From the NCBI RefSeq assembly GCF_000737315.1, contig NZ_JMCB01000005.1, positions 124,001-188,000 of the forward strand: 64,000 nucleotides of DNA, read 5' to 3'. The translations under genes were made by a program, and so were the position numbers. The notes under the pieces are model-generated. The model was given only the letters and a program-made list of their open reading frames with translations. It was not told the DNA's origin and did not search any database. The stretch's first letter is position 1. Each line of letters starts with the position of its first letter. This document shows positions 1-9,088 of the stretch, piece after piece. Source of the stretch: Hyalangium minutum. GTDB taxonomy: Bacteria; Myxococcota; Myxococcia; Myxococcales; Myxococcaceae.

Positions 1-54
1 CAATGGCCCGCCGCCTCCGGCGTAGAGTCCTCCGCTAGCGTGTGAGGAGGAACG

Positions 55-729
55 ATGGACCGTGTTCGCTCGAAGCCACCGTCGAAGCGGTGGGTGAAGT
101 ACCTGGCCGACCTGGCCTTCTTGGCCATCATCCTGGTGGGCCGTGGCAGCTTCGCGGACCACTACCATGTGCCCTCGGGCTCCATGGAGCCCACGCTCCA
201 GGTGGGCGATCGCCTCGCGGTGGACAAGAGCGCCTATGGGCTGCGCATTCCTCTCACCCACGTCTGGCTGACCGAGAAGTCCCCTCAGCGTGGGGATGTG
301 GTCGTCTTCGACTCTCCGGCGGATGGCAACGTGCTGGTCAAACGCCTGGTGGGGCTCCCGGGCGACCGCATCGCCTTCGATGGTGTGAACCTCCTCCTCA
401 ACGGCCAACGTGTGCCTCAGGGCTTCACGCAGGAGGACGCGCGCATCGAATATCTGCCGGGCGCGCCCCACCCGCTCCACCCCGAGCCCTACCAGGGGCC
501 TCCCATGAGAGAGGTGGAGGTGCCCCCGCGGCACTACCTGATGCTCGGCGATCATCGGGGCAACTCGGCGGACAGCCGCATCTTCGGACTCGTTCCCCGA
601 GAGAACCTGCTCGGCCGGGCAGCGGCTGTCTACTACAGCCCGCGCGAGGGGCTCTCTGGCAGCGAGCGCTGGTGGATTCCCCTGCGCGCGGCGGAGGGCT
701 CGGAGAGCGACCCGCGTCTCACGCGGTAG
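55..729 (+). CDS. lepB: Signal peptidase I
   Basis: N-terminal TM, catalytic Ser box VPSGSMEPTL, Lys box LVKRLVGLPGD, box E GDHRGNSADSR; RBS gaggagg upstream. Confidence 0.95.
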   Translation: MDRVRSKPPSKRWVKYLADLAFLAIILVGRGSFADHYHVPSGSMEPTLQVGDRLAVDKSAYGLRIPLTHVWLTEKSPQRGDVVVFDSPADGNVLVKRLVGLPGDRIAFDGVNLLLNGQRVPQGFTQEDARIEYLPGAPHPLHPEPYQGPPMREVEVPPRHYLMLGDHRGNSADSRIFGLVPRENLLGRAAAVYYSPREGLSGSERWWIPLRAAEGSESDPRLTR

Positions 730-813
730 GAGCGCAGGGGGATGCTGTATCAGCCAGCCACCCGACTGGTGTATGCAGCCGCATCCCCCCGTCGTATGCC
801 TGAGGAGTCTCCG

Positions 814-1839
814 ATGCGTCGTCTCGGTCCCTGCCTTCTTGTCGCGAGCCTGCTGGCCGGTTGCGGTCCTGCCCAATCCGAACCGTCTTTCACCCCGTCA
901 CTCGATCGCGAGGCCGCGTCGCTCACCACCACGGACGTGGATGTGGCCCCAGAGTGCCAGGGCATCCTCACCTTCGTGAACACGGCATCCTTCGAGACAC
1001 TGGACGCGTACCTTCCCAGCGACGCTGCCAGCAACCTCGTCGCCCGCCGCTCGACGGCGCCCTTCGCGACGCTGGCGGAGGTCTCCGCCGTCAACCTGAT
1101 GGGCCCGGTTCGCCTGACCCAGATCGAGTCGGGTGCCCGTGCTCTCGGCTACATCGACAGCACCTGTGCCGGCATCCTGGACGAGCTCGCTCTCTCTTCC
1201 GATGACGCCGCGGCGGTGGTGTCCCTGGTGAACACCGTGAGCGCCAGTACCCTGTACGCTGTCCTGCCTCACGCGTGGAATGGCGCCACGAACCTCATCA
1301 ACCTGCGTCCGTTCACCTCGGCCCAGGCCATCTCCAACGTCAGCGGCATCGGCGCGGTGAGCCTGCGGAACCTCCGCAACGCCGCCACGATGGGGTACTC
1401 CCTGGAGGTGCTCGTCTCTGCGGTGAACGCCCTGCCCGAGGACGAGTGGACCGTGAAGCTGGATCAGTCCTTCGAGGTGGCAAATGTCATCGCGGGGGAG
1501 CATGGGAATGGGCGCAACAACGGGGGGACCTGCTTCGGCATCGACCCCAGCACCTTCCCGAGCACTTGGACGAACCGCCCGACGCTGGCCACGGCCACCG
1601 AAGTTCGCGACTACGTCGCGAGCGCCGCCTCTTTCGCCAACTACGTCCACAACTACCCGATCTCGAGTGAGGTCGTCACGGAGGGCCTGGCGAATCTCGA
1701 AACGCGCATCGCTGGCCGCACGTTCAAAGGCTGCCATCTCAGCTACAGCAAGGGCCCGTGGGGCGGCATCCAGGTTCACTTCTTCGTCGACACGGAGACG
1801 GGCTTCCGGATCCTGACGGAGCAGCACTGGGTCGAGTGA
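814..1839 (+). CDS. Lipoprotein with two tandem helix-hairpin-helix-like repeats
   Basis: RBS gaggag at 802-807, ATG 814; lipobox LLAGC; two ~70-aa repeats (ILTFVNTASFETLD...PFATLAEVSAVNLMG / VVSLVNTVSASTLY...PFTSAQAISNVSGIG). Confidence 0.7.
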   Translation: MRRLGPCLLVASLLAGCGPAQSEPSFTPSLDREAASLTTTDVDVAPECQGILTFVNTASFETLDAYLPSDAASNLVARRSTAPFATLAEVSAVNLMGPVRLTQIESGARALGYIDSTCAGILDELALSSDDAAAVVSLVNTVSASTLYAVLPHAWNGATNLINLRPFTSAQAISNVSGIGAVSLRNLRNAATMGYSLEVLVSAVNALPEDEWTVKLDQSFEVANVIAGEHGNGRNNGGTCFGIDPSTFPSTWTNRPTLATATEVRDYVASAASFANYVHNYPISSEVVTEGLANLETRIAGRTFKGCHLSYSKGPWGGIQVHFFVDTETGFRILTEQHWVE

Positions 1840-1849
1840 GGGGCTTGCT

Positions 1850-3286
1850 TCATTCCCACTCGTAGTCCAAGTCGAGGACCTTGCCCGCAGCGTCCAGACT
1901 GAACGTCCATTTCACCGAGATGTCCTGGCCATACACCACGCGGAGGATGCGCTTGCGCGGCTCGCTGTCCCTGCGGTCCTCGAGCAGGACCACTCGGCGG
2001 ACGGGCGGATAGAGGGCGCTGCCCGGCGTTCCGAAGCCGCGCAGCACCGGCACGAGCTCCTCCTGTGCGCGGGGCGCGAAGGCGGCCGCATCGAGCGTGC
2101 CGTTCATCACGCCCTCCACGACCCCGCGCAGCGTGGCGGTCAGGGCCGGCTCCGTGTCCGCGAGGCCCGGCGCGTCCAGCCCTGGAAGCGGCGGCAGGTG
2201 GAGGCTCGCGATGTTGCGTGCCAGCACCGGGAGGAGTCCCTGCTTGTTCGTCAGGATGATCACCGTGAGCTTCTGGTCCGGGATGCGAAGCACGTCTCCG
2301 AGCGAGCCACCCCCGCTGTGCCCGAAGGTCAGCAGCCCGCGCAGCTGGCTCACGGCAAACGCCACGCCGAAGCCGCCCGCGTGCCCGTCCTTCAGCTTGA
2401 GGGCGGTGGCGCTGGCCTGCTGCATCGCGGGGGTGAGCAGGGTGCCCTGGTCCATGGCCACGGCCCACTGGGCGAGGTCCTTCGCGCAGGAGAAGACCCC
2501 GCCCGCGGCGTAGGTGTGGACAGGGTAGAGGAACCAGGCTCGTTGGGGCACGCCGTCCACGAAGCGATAGAGGCTGGCGCGGCGCGGGATGACATCGGCG
2601 AGGCGTACCGGGCCCTCCTGCCTCGCGTGCTCGTAGCGCGTGCAGGAGAAACCGAGGGGCTGGAAGATGCGGCTGCGCAGCAGCTCCTCGAAGCGCTCCC
2701 CGGTGACCTTTTCCATGAGGTGGGTGAGCACGACGAAGTCCGTGAGCGCGTATTCGCTGCGCTCGCCGGGGGCGTAGGCCAGGGAGGTCTTCTTGGCGGC
2801 CTCGTACCGCTCGGCGGCGGTGGCGGCACTGCTGTCTTCATCGGGGAGATCCTTCAACCCCGACGCGTGTGCGGTGAGGTGCCGGACGGTCATCCCCTTC
2901 CAGGTCTCGGGCGCGTCCGGCAGGTATTTCGAGAGGGGCTCATCGAGGTCGAGCTTGCCCTCCTGCACGAGGCGCATCACCAGTGTGCCGGTGAAGACCT
3001 TGGTGGCAGAGGCGATCTGAAACGAGGTCTCGGGTCCCACCTTCGTCTCGGACTCCAGGTCCGCGAGACCGTACGAGCCGAGCCGCTCGACCTTTCCATC
3101 ACGAACGATGGCCAGGGCAATGCCGGGGACCTGGTTCTTCTCCATGACGGCCTGGAGGTAGGCGTCCACGGCATCGGTGGCCGAGCCGCCGAGTGTCTCC
3201 GGGGAGGACAGCGGTGGGTGCGTCGCACAGCTCGCCGTGAGGAGGAGGAACGCCAAGGCCAGCAGGTCTTTCGTCACATCCCTCAT
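1850..3286 (-). CDS. Serine hydrolase (beta-lactamase class C / PBP-like) lipoprotein
   Basis: Lipobox LTASC; SxxK motif IASATK; LTAHASGL; FGHSGG; extra C-terminal domain. Confidence 0.9.
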   Translation of the reverse strand: MRDVTKDLLALAFLLLTASCATHPPLSSPETLGGSATDAVDAYLQAVMEKNQVPGIALAIVRDGKVERLGSYGLADLESETKVGPETSFQIASATKVFTGTLVMRLVQEGKLDLDEPLSKYLPDAPETWKGMTVRHLTAHASGLKDLPDEDSSAATAAERYEAAKKTSLAYAPGERSEYALTDFVVLTHLMEKVTGERFEELLRSRIFQPLGFSCTRYEHARQEGPVRLADVIPRRASLYRFVDGVPQRAWFLYPVHTYAAGGVFSCAKDLAQWAVAMDQGTLLTPAMQQASATALKLKDGHAGGFGVAFAVSQLRGLLTFGHSGGGSLGDVLRIPDQKLTVIILTNKQGLLPVLARNIASLHLPPLPGLDAPGLADTEPALTATLRGVVEGVMNGTLDAAAFAPRAQEELVPVLRGFGTPGSALYPPVRRVVLLEDRRDSEPRKRILRVVYGQDISVKWTFSLDAAGKVLDLDYEWE

Positions 3287-3374
3287 TGAACTGCTTCTAT
3301 CCCCGAGCTGTCCCGAGCAATTTTCACTCAGGTTGCTCCCGAGGGAGCCGGGTGCTTAGGTCCGGGCCGCCGCC

Positions 3375-4034
3375 ATGACTCCGCCCGGCCCCTTGCTCGC
3401 TTCCATTTATGGACTGTACCTGCTCGCGGTCATCACGCCCGGGCCGAACACGTTCATCGTCACGCGCTTGGCGCTGTCCACCACGCGTCGGCACGCGGCC
3501 TGGGCCGTGTTGGGCATTGCCTTGGGGAATGCCGCGTGGCTGTGCGTCATCTTGGGCGGCGTCGCCGTCCTCTTGCAGCAGCACCCGGAAGGCATGCGCG
3601 CCATGCGCTACGTGGGCGGGCTGTACCTGCTCTACCTGGGCGTGCGAGGGCTGTGTGCCGCACGGACGGCCTCACGGGCTTCCGAGGCGGCTCCCGCTGC
3701 GGCTCCGGGGACGGCGCTCGTGGAGAGGGCCATGTCGGGGGAGGAAGACCGGCCGTTTCGCAGTGGGCTGTTCGCCAGCCTGTCCAATCCGAACACGATG
3801 CCGTTCTACCTGAGCATTCTCGCACCCACGGTGGCCCCGGACATCCCCCTGTGGGTGCGCGTGGCGGCAGCCGTGGGCATCGTGATGATCGCCATGGCGT
3901 GGTACGGGACTCTGGCCTGGGGCCTGTCCACTGGCCACGTCCGGCAGGCGTACTCCCGGCGGGAGCCGGTCATCCGCCGGGTGCTTGCGCTGGTGCTGAT
4001 GGCCTACGGGCTCCGGCTGCTGATCTCGGGGTAG
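3375..4034 (+). CDS. LysE/RhtB family translocator
   Basis: ITPGPN motif, NP motif (SLSNPN), hydrophobic TM pattern, 219 aa. Confidence 0.9.
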   Translation: MTPPGPLLASIYGLYLLAVITPGPNTFIVTRLALSTTRRHAAWAVLGIALGNAAWLCVILGGVAVLLQQHPEGMRAMRYVGGLYLLYLGVRGLCAARTASRASEAAPAAAPGTALVERAMSGEEDRPFRSGLFASLSNPNTMPFYLSILAPTVAPDIPLWVRVAAAVGIVMIAMAWYGTLAWGLSTGHVRQAYSRREPVIRRVLALVLMAYGLRLLISG

Positions 4035-4167
4035 AGGCGCGGTAGGGAACCACCGATTCCCGGTGATTCAGGCTCGTCGTGCGGAACTCCCAGCTTGATC
4101 AGCGTCTCGAGCGTCCTCGCCATGTCCTCCGCCGCGCCCGCCAACCGGGAGTGTATCCCGAGAGAGC

Positions 4168-5424
4168 TCAGCGGCAGTCCGCCAGCACCGTGCGCGCCCG
4201 CTCCTCCAGCGCTGGTACCTGCTCCTCCCCCGAGGCGAGCAGCGCCTTCACGGCCTTGCAGCCCTGTGCCTGGGCGTTCGCGGCTTTGACGGCGTCCCAG
4301 TAGAGCTCCAGCGCCCCGGCGGTGCGGCGAGAGGCCAGGTTGGTCTCGGCCAGCGCTAGCGCCTTCTGAGGAGCCGCGCCGAGTCCCAGATAGAAACGCG
4401 CGGCATGATCCGCGAAGGCCAGCGGATGGCGGGCAGTCCAGTGCTCGAAGCCGGCCGTCGCTCGGGCCAGGAACTGCTGAGCCTCGGACTCCTTGCCGGT
4501 CTGGCGCAGCAAGCCCGCGAGCTGCGCGGCGGACTCGGGATCATCTGAGCGCTCCACGACGGGCCGCAACAGGGCAATGGCCTTGTCGGTGCGGCCCGCG
4601 GCGGTTTCCACCTCGGCGAGGTGGGTGGCCGCGGCGGCGTAGACCGGGAGGCGCGCATGGGCCGCCGCCCAGGACTGGCCAGCGCGCTCCAGGTTGCCCG
4701 CGCTCTCCCAGAGCAGACCCTCCTGGAACTCCAGCCACGCCACGGGGAAGGGGGACACGTCCCGGTACGTGGCACGCGCCTGCGCGTAGAGCTTGGCGGC
4801 CTCCTCGAAGTGGCCCTCTTCGGTCATGGCGCCAGCGAGCCCCGCCAGCGTCTCCAGGCTCGGCCGGGCTTCGGCGGCGGCCCGGTGGAACTTCTGCGCT
4901 TCACTCGCGTGCCCGGTGGCCTGGAGAATGGCCGCCCGAGGCTCATCGATGGCGAGGCCCTTCACGCCCCGGTGCTCGGCCTCCGCCAGATCCGCCAGCG
5001 CCTCGTCGAAATGGTGCAGCCGGCCCCGCACGTTGGCGCGCTTGAGGTAGCTCTGGGCATCCTCGGGCGCCGCCTGGACCAGCCGGTCCGCCAGTTCCAG
5101 GGACTGATCATAGTCCGCGAGCACCCCAAGGAACTGGGCTCGCACCATTCGCAGCTCCATCATCGCCCTCAGCCGGTCGGGGGCCGTGGGCTGCTCGGCC
5201 AGCCTCCTCTCGGCCTGGGCCAGCTGCGTCTCGAAGTTGTGGAGAGCGAGGGCGCCATCCGTCGTGCGCGGCTCTGGAGGCAGGGCTGCGGTGTCCCCGC
5301 CCGCTCCGCCCACCGCGGCAGGCGGTGAAGCGGAGGGACGGGGCGTGGAGGCATTGCGGTCGCATCCCGATGCCACCATTCCAGTACCGATCAATAGGAG
5401 GACTCGCCAGTGCATGGTGGTCAT
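4168..5424 (-). CDS. Tetratricopeptide-repeat lipoprotein
   Basis: Lipobox VASGC; repeated TPR-like helices (A..LA....G...EA...Y..A); third gene of the DUF4331 operon. Confidence 0.8.
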   Translation of the reverse strand: MTTMHWRVLLLIGTGMVASGCDRNASTPRPSASPPAAVGGAGGDTAALPPEPRTTDGALALHNFETQLAQAERRLAEQPTAPDRLRAMMELRMVRAQFLGVLADYDQSLELADRLVQAAPEDAQSYLKRANVRGRLHHFDEALADLAEAEHRGVKGLAIDEPRAAILQATGHASEAQKFHRAAAEARPSLETLAGLAGAMTEEGHFEEAAKLYAQARATYRDVSPFPVAWLEFQEGLLWESAGNLERAGQSWAAAHARLPVYAAAATHLAEVETAAGRTDKAIALLRPVVERSDDPESAAQLAGLLRQTGKESEAQQFLARATAGFEHWTARHPLAFADHAARFYLGLGAAPQKALALAETNLASRRTAGALELYWDAVKAANAQAQGCKAVKALLASGEEQVPALEERARTVLADCR

Positions 5425-5442
5425 TGGGAAGGCCCTTTCGTC

Positions 5443-6063
5443 TTAGCGAGGTGCGGCGAGGAACGGGAACGCGGTGTGGGAGTGGATGTTGCCATCCCCG
5501 TCGGCGTTGATGCCGTCTGTCACGCCGGTGAGCACCCCGGCGGCGAGCACCGAGAAGCTCGTGTCGATCACGTCGTAGTTGGGAGCGCGGCCGCCGCAGT
5601 CGTTATTGGGGACGACGTTGACGGCATTGGCCTCGACGGCCAGGTACTGGCCACACGTGGTAGAGGCGGTGTTGACGTAGAGCTGGTCTTCCGCCAGCAC
5701 TCCGGCCAGGGTGTTGTAGCGCCCGGCGGCGTCCGTCGGGCCCGCCAGCAGCTGGTTGCCGCATTGGGCGTCCAACCCGTCGAGGATGGACAGGCTGGAG
5801 GCGATGTTGGCGGAGTAGCCGGACCAACTGGCCTGCAGCGAGACGTTGTAGCTGTCCTTGGCGGCGTTCGTGGTGTTGGCGTCCGCTTCGAACGTGCCGA
5901 TGAGGGCGGCGTTGATGGCCGGCCGCCCCATCCGATCGATCAGCGTCCCCAGCGTTGGCACCGGAGGCGGCTGGTTGTCCGGAGGCTCCTCGTCATCATC
6001 CTTGCACGCCGCAAGAGGCATCAGCAGGCTCGCGTAGAGAGCCATCTTCAGGATTCGCTTCAT
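5443..6063 (-). CDS. DUF4331-family lipoprotein (resembles the C-terminal half of DUF4331)
   Basis: Lipobox LAAC; IDRMGRPAIN motif, GGR..DVID and C-terminal FPFLAAP typical of the DUF4331 C-terminal part. Confidence 0.7.
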   Translation of the reverse strand: MKRILKMALYASLLMPLAACKDDDEEPPDNQPPPVPTLGTLIDRMGRPAINAALIGTFEADANTTNAAKDSYNVSLQASWSGYSANIASSLSILDGLDAQCGNQLLAGPTDAAGRYNTLAGVLAEDQLYVNTASTTCGQYLAVEANAVNVVPNNDCGGRAPNYDVIDTSFSVLAAGVLTGVTDGINADGDGNIHSHTAFPFLAAPR

Positions 6064-6075
6064 GGTGGCTCTCCG

Positions 6076-6777
6076 TTAGCGGCGGTGAGTGCTGGCCCAG
6101 ACGCCCAGGATGGGACCGCCGGGAGTGACGAGGCTCTTGTCGACCTGGACCACGATGGCCAGGGTGTTCGTGCCGGCGAAGGTGTCCGTCGGCGCGGCGC
6201 CGTTCGCGCCCGTTCTGAGCTGGGTGACGAGCGTGTTGGACGTGGCCGAGTCCAGCTTCGGGCAGCCCGCCGTGTCGAAGGTGAGTGACGAGGCCGCGCT
6301 CTTCACCGCGCCGACCGTGGCCGCGAAGCCGGGGATGTTGAAGAAGAACGGATCATTCCGCAGGCCCGCGAATACCTTCAGCTTGCCGCTCGTGCTGGAG
6401 AGGCCCTGGGCCGCGTCCGCCTTGCCGGTGACGTACTCGCTGTCGCCCGCCCAGCAGCTGATCGTCTGCTGTGCGTCGAAGCCGCAGATGATGCGGACCT
6501 CGGTGGAGGCCGTCGCGGTGAAGGTCTGCTTGGAGTTGAGGTGGAAGACGTAGAGGACGGCGTCCGAGGGCAGGGTGCCTGTGGGAGCCGCCGGGTTGAA
6601 GGTCATCACCAGGTTGACCTTCTGCCCGCCCGAGTCCGTCCAGGCATACAAGTCATTGATGTCCGCGTCCTTGTTCGAGGTGGCGGACGGGCCATCCCGG
6701 TGGTCCGCGGCTTGCGCGGTGGGGAGCAGCGCGAACAGCGCTAGCAACCCGGTGAGTTGCAGGGAGAGTCGTTTCAT
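6076..6777 (-). CDS. DUF4331-family secreted protein (resembles the N-terminal half of DUF4331)
   Basis: Sec signal ending AQA-ADH; ADHRDGP...DINDLYAW and FAGLRNDPFFF motifs; ATG at 6777. Confidence 0.8.
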   Translation of the reverse strand: MKRLSLQLTGLLALFALLPTAQAADHRDGPSATSNKDADINDLYAWTDSGGQKVNLVMTFNPAAPTGTLPSDAVLYVFHLNSKQTFTATASTEVRIICGFDAQQTISCWAGDSEYVTGKADAAQGLSSTSGKLKVFAGLRNDPFFFNIPGFAATVGAVKSAASSLTFDTAGCPKLDSATSNTLVTQLRTGANGAAPTDTFAGTNTLAIVVQVDKSLVTPGGPILGVWASTHRR

Positions 6778-6819
6778 CGAGGGTCCTTTCGACTTCGGGT
6801 ACAGAACGGCGGGGCGAGG

Positions 6820-6846
6820 TACGGAACAGACCCCGGATCTGGATCT
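6820..6846 (-). promoter_or_regulatory. Possible ECF-sigma promoter (AGATCC-N16-CCGTA) for the DUF4331 operon
   Basis: Minus strand reads agatcc-agatccggggtctgtt-ccgta, about 40 nt before the ATG; ECF-like spacing and CGTA -10. Confidence 0.3.
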
Positions 6847-7064
6847 CCGAAATCGACGCGGCGCCCTCAGCGAAGTGCATCCGGGCAAGCAGGGGGGCCG
6901 CAGAAGGCCCTGTGATTTCAGCCGCTTGGCAGGCACCCAAAAAAGAATATTCGCCGTGTCGATCTCGCGGTTCCTGGTTCGACGCATCCATAGGAGCCGG
7001 AGTTCAGTGGGCCGAAGCCCTCGGGACGCCTGCTCCCCACCCGCAGTTCCAGAGAGGGCAAACC

Positions 7065-7487
7065 ATGCGCTTCATGATGCTGATGATTCCCAAGGGGTAC
7101 GAGAAGGCCGCGCCGGGCACGATGCCAGACGCCACGGCCGTTGCCGCGATGATGAAGTACAACGAGTCCCTGCAGAAGGCCGGCGTGCTGCTCGCGCTCG
7201 ATGGCCTGCACCCGCCCTCCATGGGCGCGCGCATCTCGTTCTCGGGGGGCAAGCCCAAGGTGACCGATGGGCCCTTCGCCGAGACCAAGGAAGTGCTCGG
7301 CGGCTACTGGATGATCCAGGTGAAGTCCAAGGAAGAGGCCATCGAGTGGGCGTCGCGCTGCCCTGCTTCGGACAACGAGGTGATCGAGCTTCGCCAGGTG
7401 CAGGAGTTCGCGGACTTCCCCACGGATGTTCAGCAGGAACTGGGGAAGTTTTCCGATCACTCCATCCTGAAGATGAACGCGTCGTAG
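7065..7487 (+). CDS. YciI/DGPF-domain protein
   Basis: MRFMMLM start, VTDGPFAETKEVLGGYWMI motif. Confidence 0.92.
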   Translation: MRFMMLMIPKGYEKAAPGTMPDATAVAAMMKYNESLQKAGVLLALDGLHPPSMGARISFSGGKPKVTDGPFAETKEVLGGYWMIQVKSKEEAIEWASRCPASDNEVIELRQVQEFADFPTDVQQELGKFSDHSILKMNAS

Positions 7488-8884
7488 TTGCGGGGCAGGG
7501 AGGGTTCAACCTTCCCGGTGCCGAAATCCACCGGCATGGAGAACGAACCGGCCAGCGTGACGTCACCGTGCCGGGTGACAGACAGAGCGGACATGGGCGC
7601 GCCGTCCGAGCTGAAGGTGCGTACCCTCTGCTGGTGACCCTGCCCCCACGTGAACCGGCTGACAACCGAGTAGAGGCTGCTCGTGGAAGGCAGCGGTCCC
7701 GTGCCCACGTCATCGCTCGGAAACGCGTAGCCGAGCACCGTCATGCCGTCCTCCTGGGCCGAGTCCACCTGCATGACGCTTCCACCGAGCGTCTGTCCCC
7801 ACCGGTCCCCTCCATTCCGCGTCATCGCGAGCACCAGACCGCTGCTGCCTACAGGGCGTGCGGTGAAGGTGTGCCCGCCGAACTTGAAACGGCCGCGGAA
7901 CTCCCCCGTCACGACGACGCGGTTGCCATGCACCGCGACATCATGGAACTTCGTCATGTCCGTCATTCCCTCCAGCGTGCGGGACCAGACATGCCCGCCG
8001 GATGGGGTGTAGCGGGCGACCACGGCCGTCTCGCCGCCAAAGGGGGACCCCGGGTGCAGCGGGCCGCCGCCGAAGTCGGACTCCGCCGTGAAGTAGCCTG
8101 CGACATGGATGAAGTTGTGCTCGTCGGTGGTCACGGCCCAGAAGACACTGGTGTCCGGCGTGTCGAAGACGCGATCCACCACATATGCGCCGTCCCGTGT
8201 GTACTTCACGAAGAAGGCGCCCTCGACCGAGGCCGAGCGCGGGCCACCGCCGAAATCCGCTGTCCCTGACATGGAGCCCGCCAGGAGGATGTTGTCGTCG
8301 CCGTCCACGGTCAGCCCGGAGGCGAAGCCAAAGTACCCCTGCAGGTGGCGCGCCCAGCGAACAGTCCCGTCATGGGAAAATTGCGCGAGGAAAAAGCCGG
8401 GCCCCACCGAGACTCCTCCGAAATCCGCCCCGAGCTCGGCATATCCGTACACGGTGATGTTGCGCTGGCGGTCGACCGTGACATTGCCGAACTCCGTCTC
8501 GGGGAACTCGGAGCCCGCCGGCGCACCGTAGCCGTGGGCCCAGAGCAGCTGGCCATTTCGCGCATATTTCACGATGAAGGCGCGAGGGCGCGACGTGTCC
8601 TCCTCCGGCGGCAGCGGGCCGCTTCCGAAGTCCGGCGATCCCTGGTAGTTGCCGACCAGGATGCTGGCGTCATCCCTGTCCGTCGCGAGCCTTCCCGCGA
8701 AGACGTTTCCCTCCAGGGTCGCGGCGCTGCGGCGCAGCCAGCGCGTGTGCCAGCCGCGGTTCACCTGCTGCTCCACGTGGGCCAGCGGAGCGTCCAACTC
8801 GGACACCTCCGAGACACTCGGGCCACACGCTCCCCACAGCGTGGCCCACGAAAGCAGCAACTTCCAGGCGCGCCTGCTCGACAT
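7457..8884 (-). CDS. Putative beta-propeller lipoprotein (SBBP-like repeats)
   Basis: Signal LWGAC; repeated W...G......V.VD...NI.V.G blades; 31-bp convergent overlap with the YciI gene. Confidence 0.7.
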   Translation of the reverse strand: MSSRRAWKLLLSWATLWGACGPSVSEVSELDAPLAHVEQQVNRGWHTRWLRRSAATLEGNVFAGRLATDRDDASILVGNYQGSPDFGSGPLPPEEDTSRPRAFIVKYARNGQLLWAHGYGAPAGSEFPETEFGNVTVDRQRNITVYGYAELGADFGGVSVGPGFFLAQFSHDGTVRWARHLQGYFGFASGLTVDGDDNILLAGSMSGTADFGGGPRSASVEGAFFVKYTRDGAYVVDRVFDTPDTSVFWAVTTDEHNFIHVAGYFTAESDFGGGPLHPGSPFGGETAVVARYTPSGGHVWSRTLEGMTDMTKFHDVAVHGNRVVVTGEFRGRFKFGGHTFTARPVGSSGLVLAMTRNGGDRWGQTLGGSVMQVDSAQEDGMTVLGYAFPSDDVGTGPLPSTSSLYSVVSRFTWGQGHQQRVRTFSSDGAPMSALSVTRHGDVTLAGSFSMPVDFGTGKVEPSLPRNYDAFIFRME

Positions 8885-9088
8885 GGTCTTCCCCCCTCGT
8901 GGAGACTCCTGCCAGCGCCAAGCCTGGCGGGGCGGAGCAGGGTCGCCATCAACGGCCGTCCTGTCTCTCGTTCGTCAGTTCATGGGGCTATCCAGCTCTC
9001 GACGCAGTTCCGCGCCCACACTCTGGGGGCAGGGCTGTGAGTCCGCGCGTAGGATGGTGGGCCCTACGAAGCTCAGAGGTTCATCTCG

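Noticed and set aside
7457-7487. 31-bp convergent overlap of the YciI and beta-propeller genes as a frameshift or antisense system
   Set aside because: Both proteins look full-length; short 3' overlaps are common in GC-rich genomes
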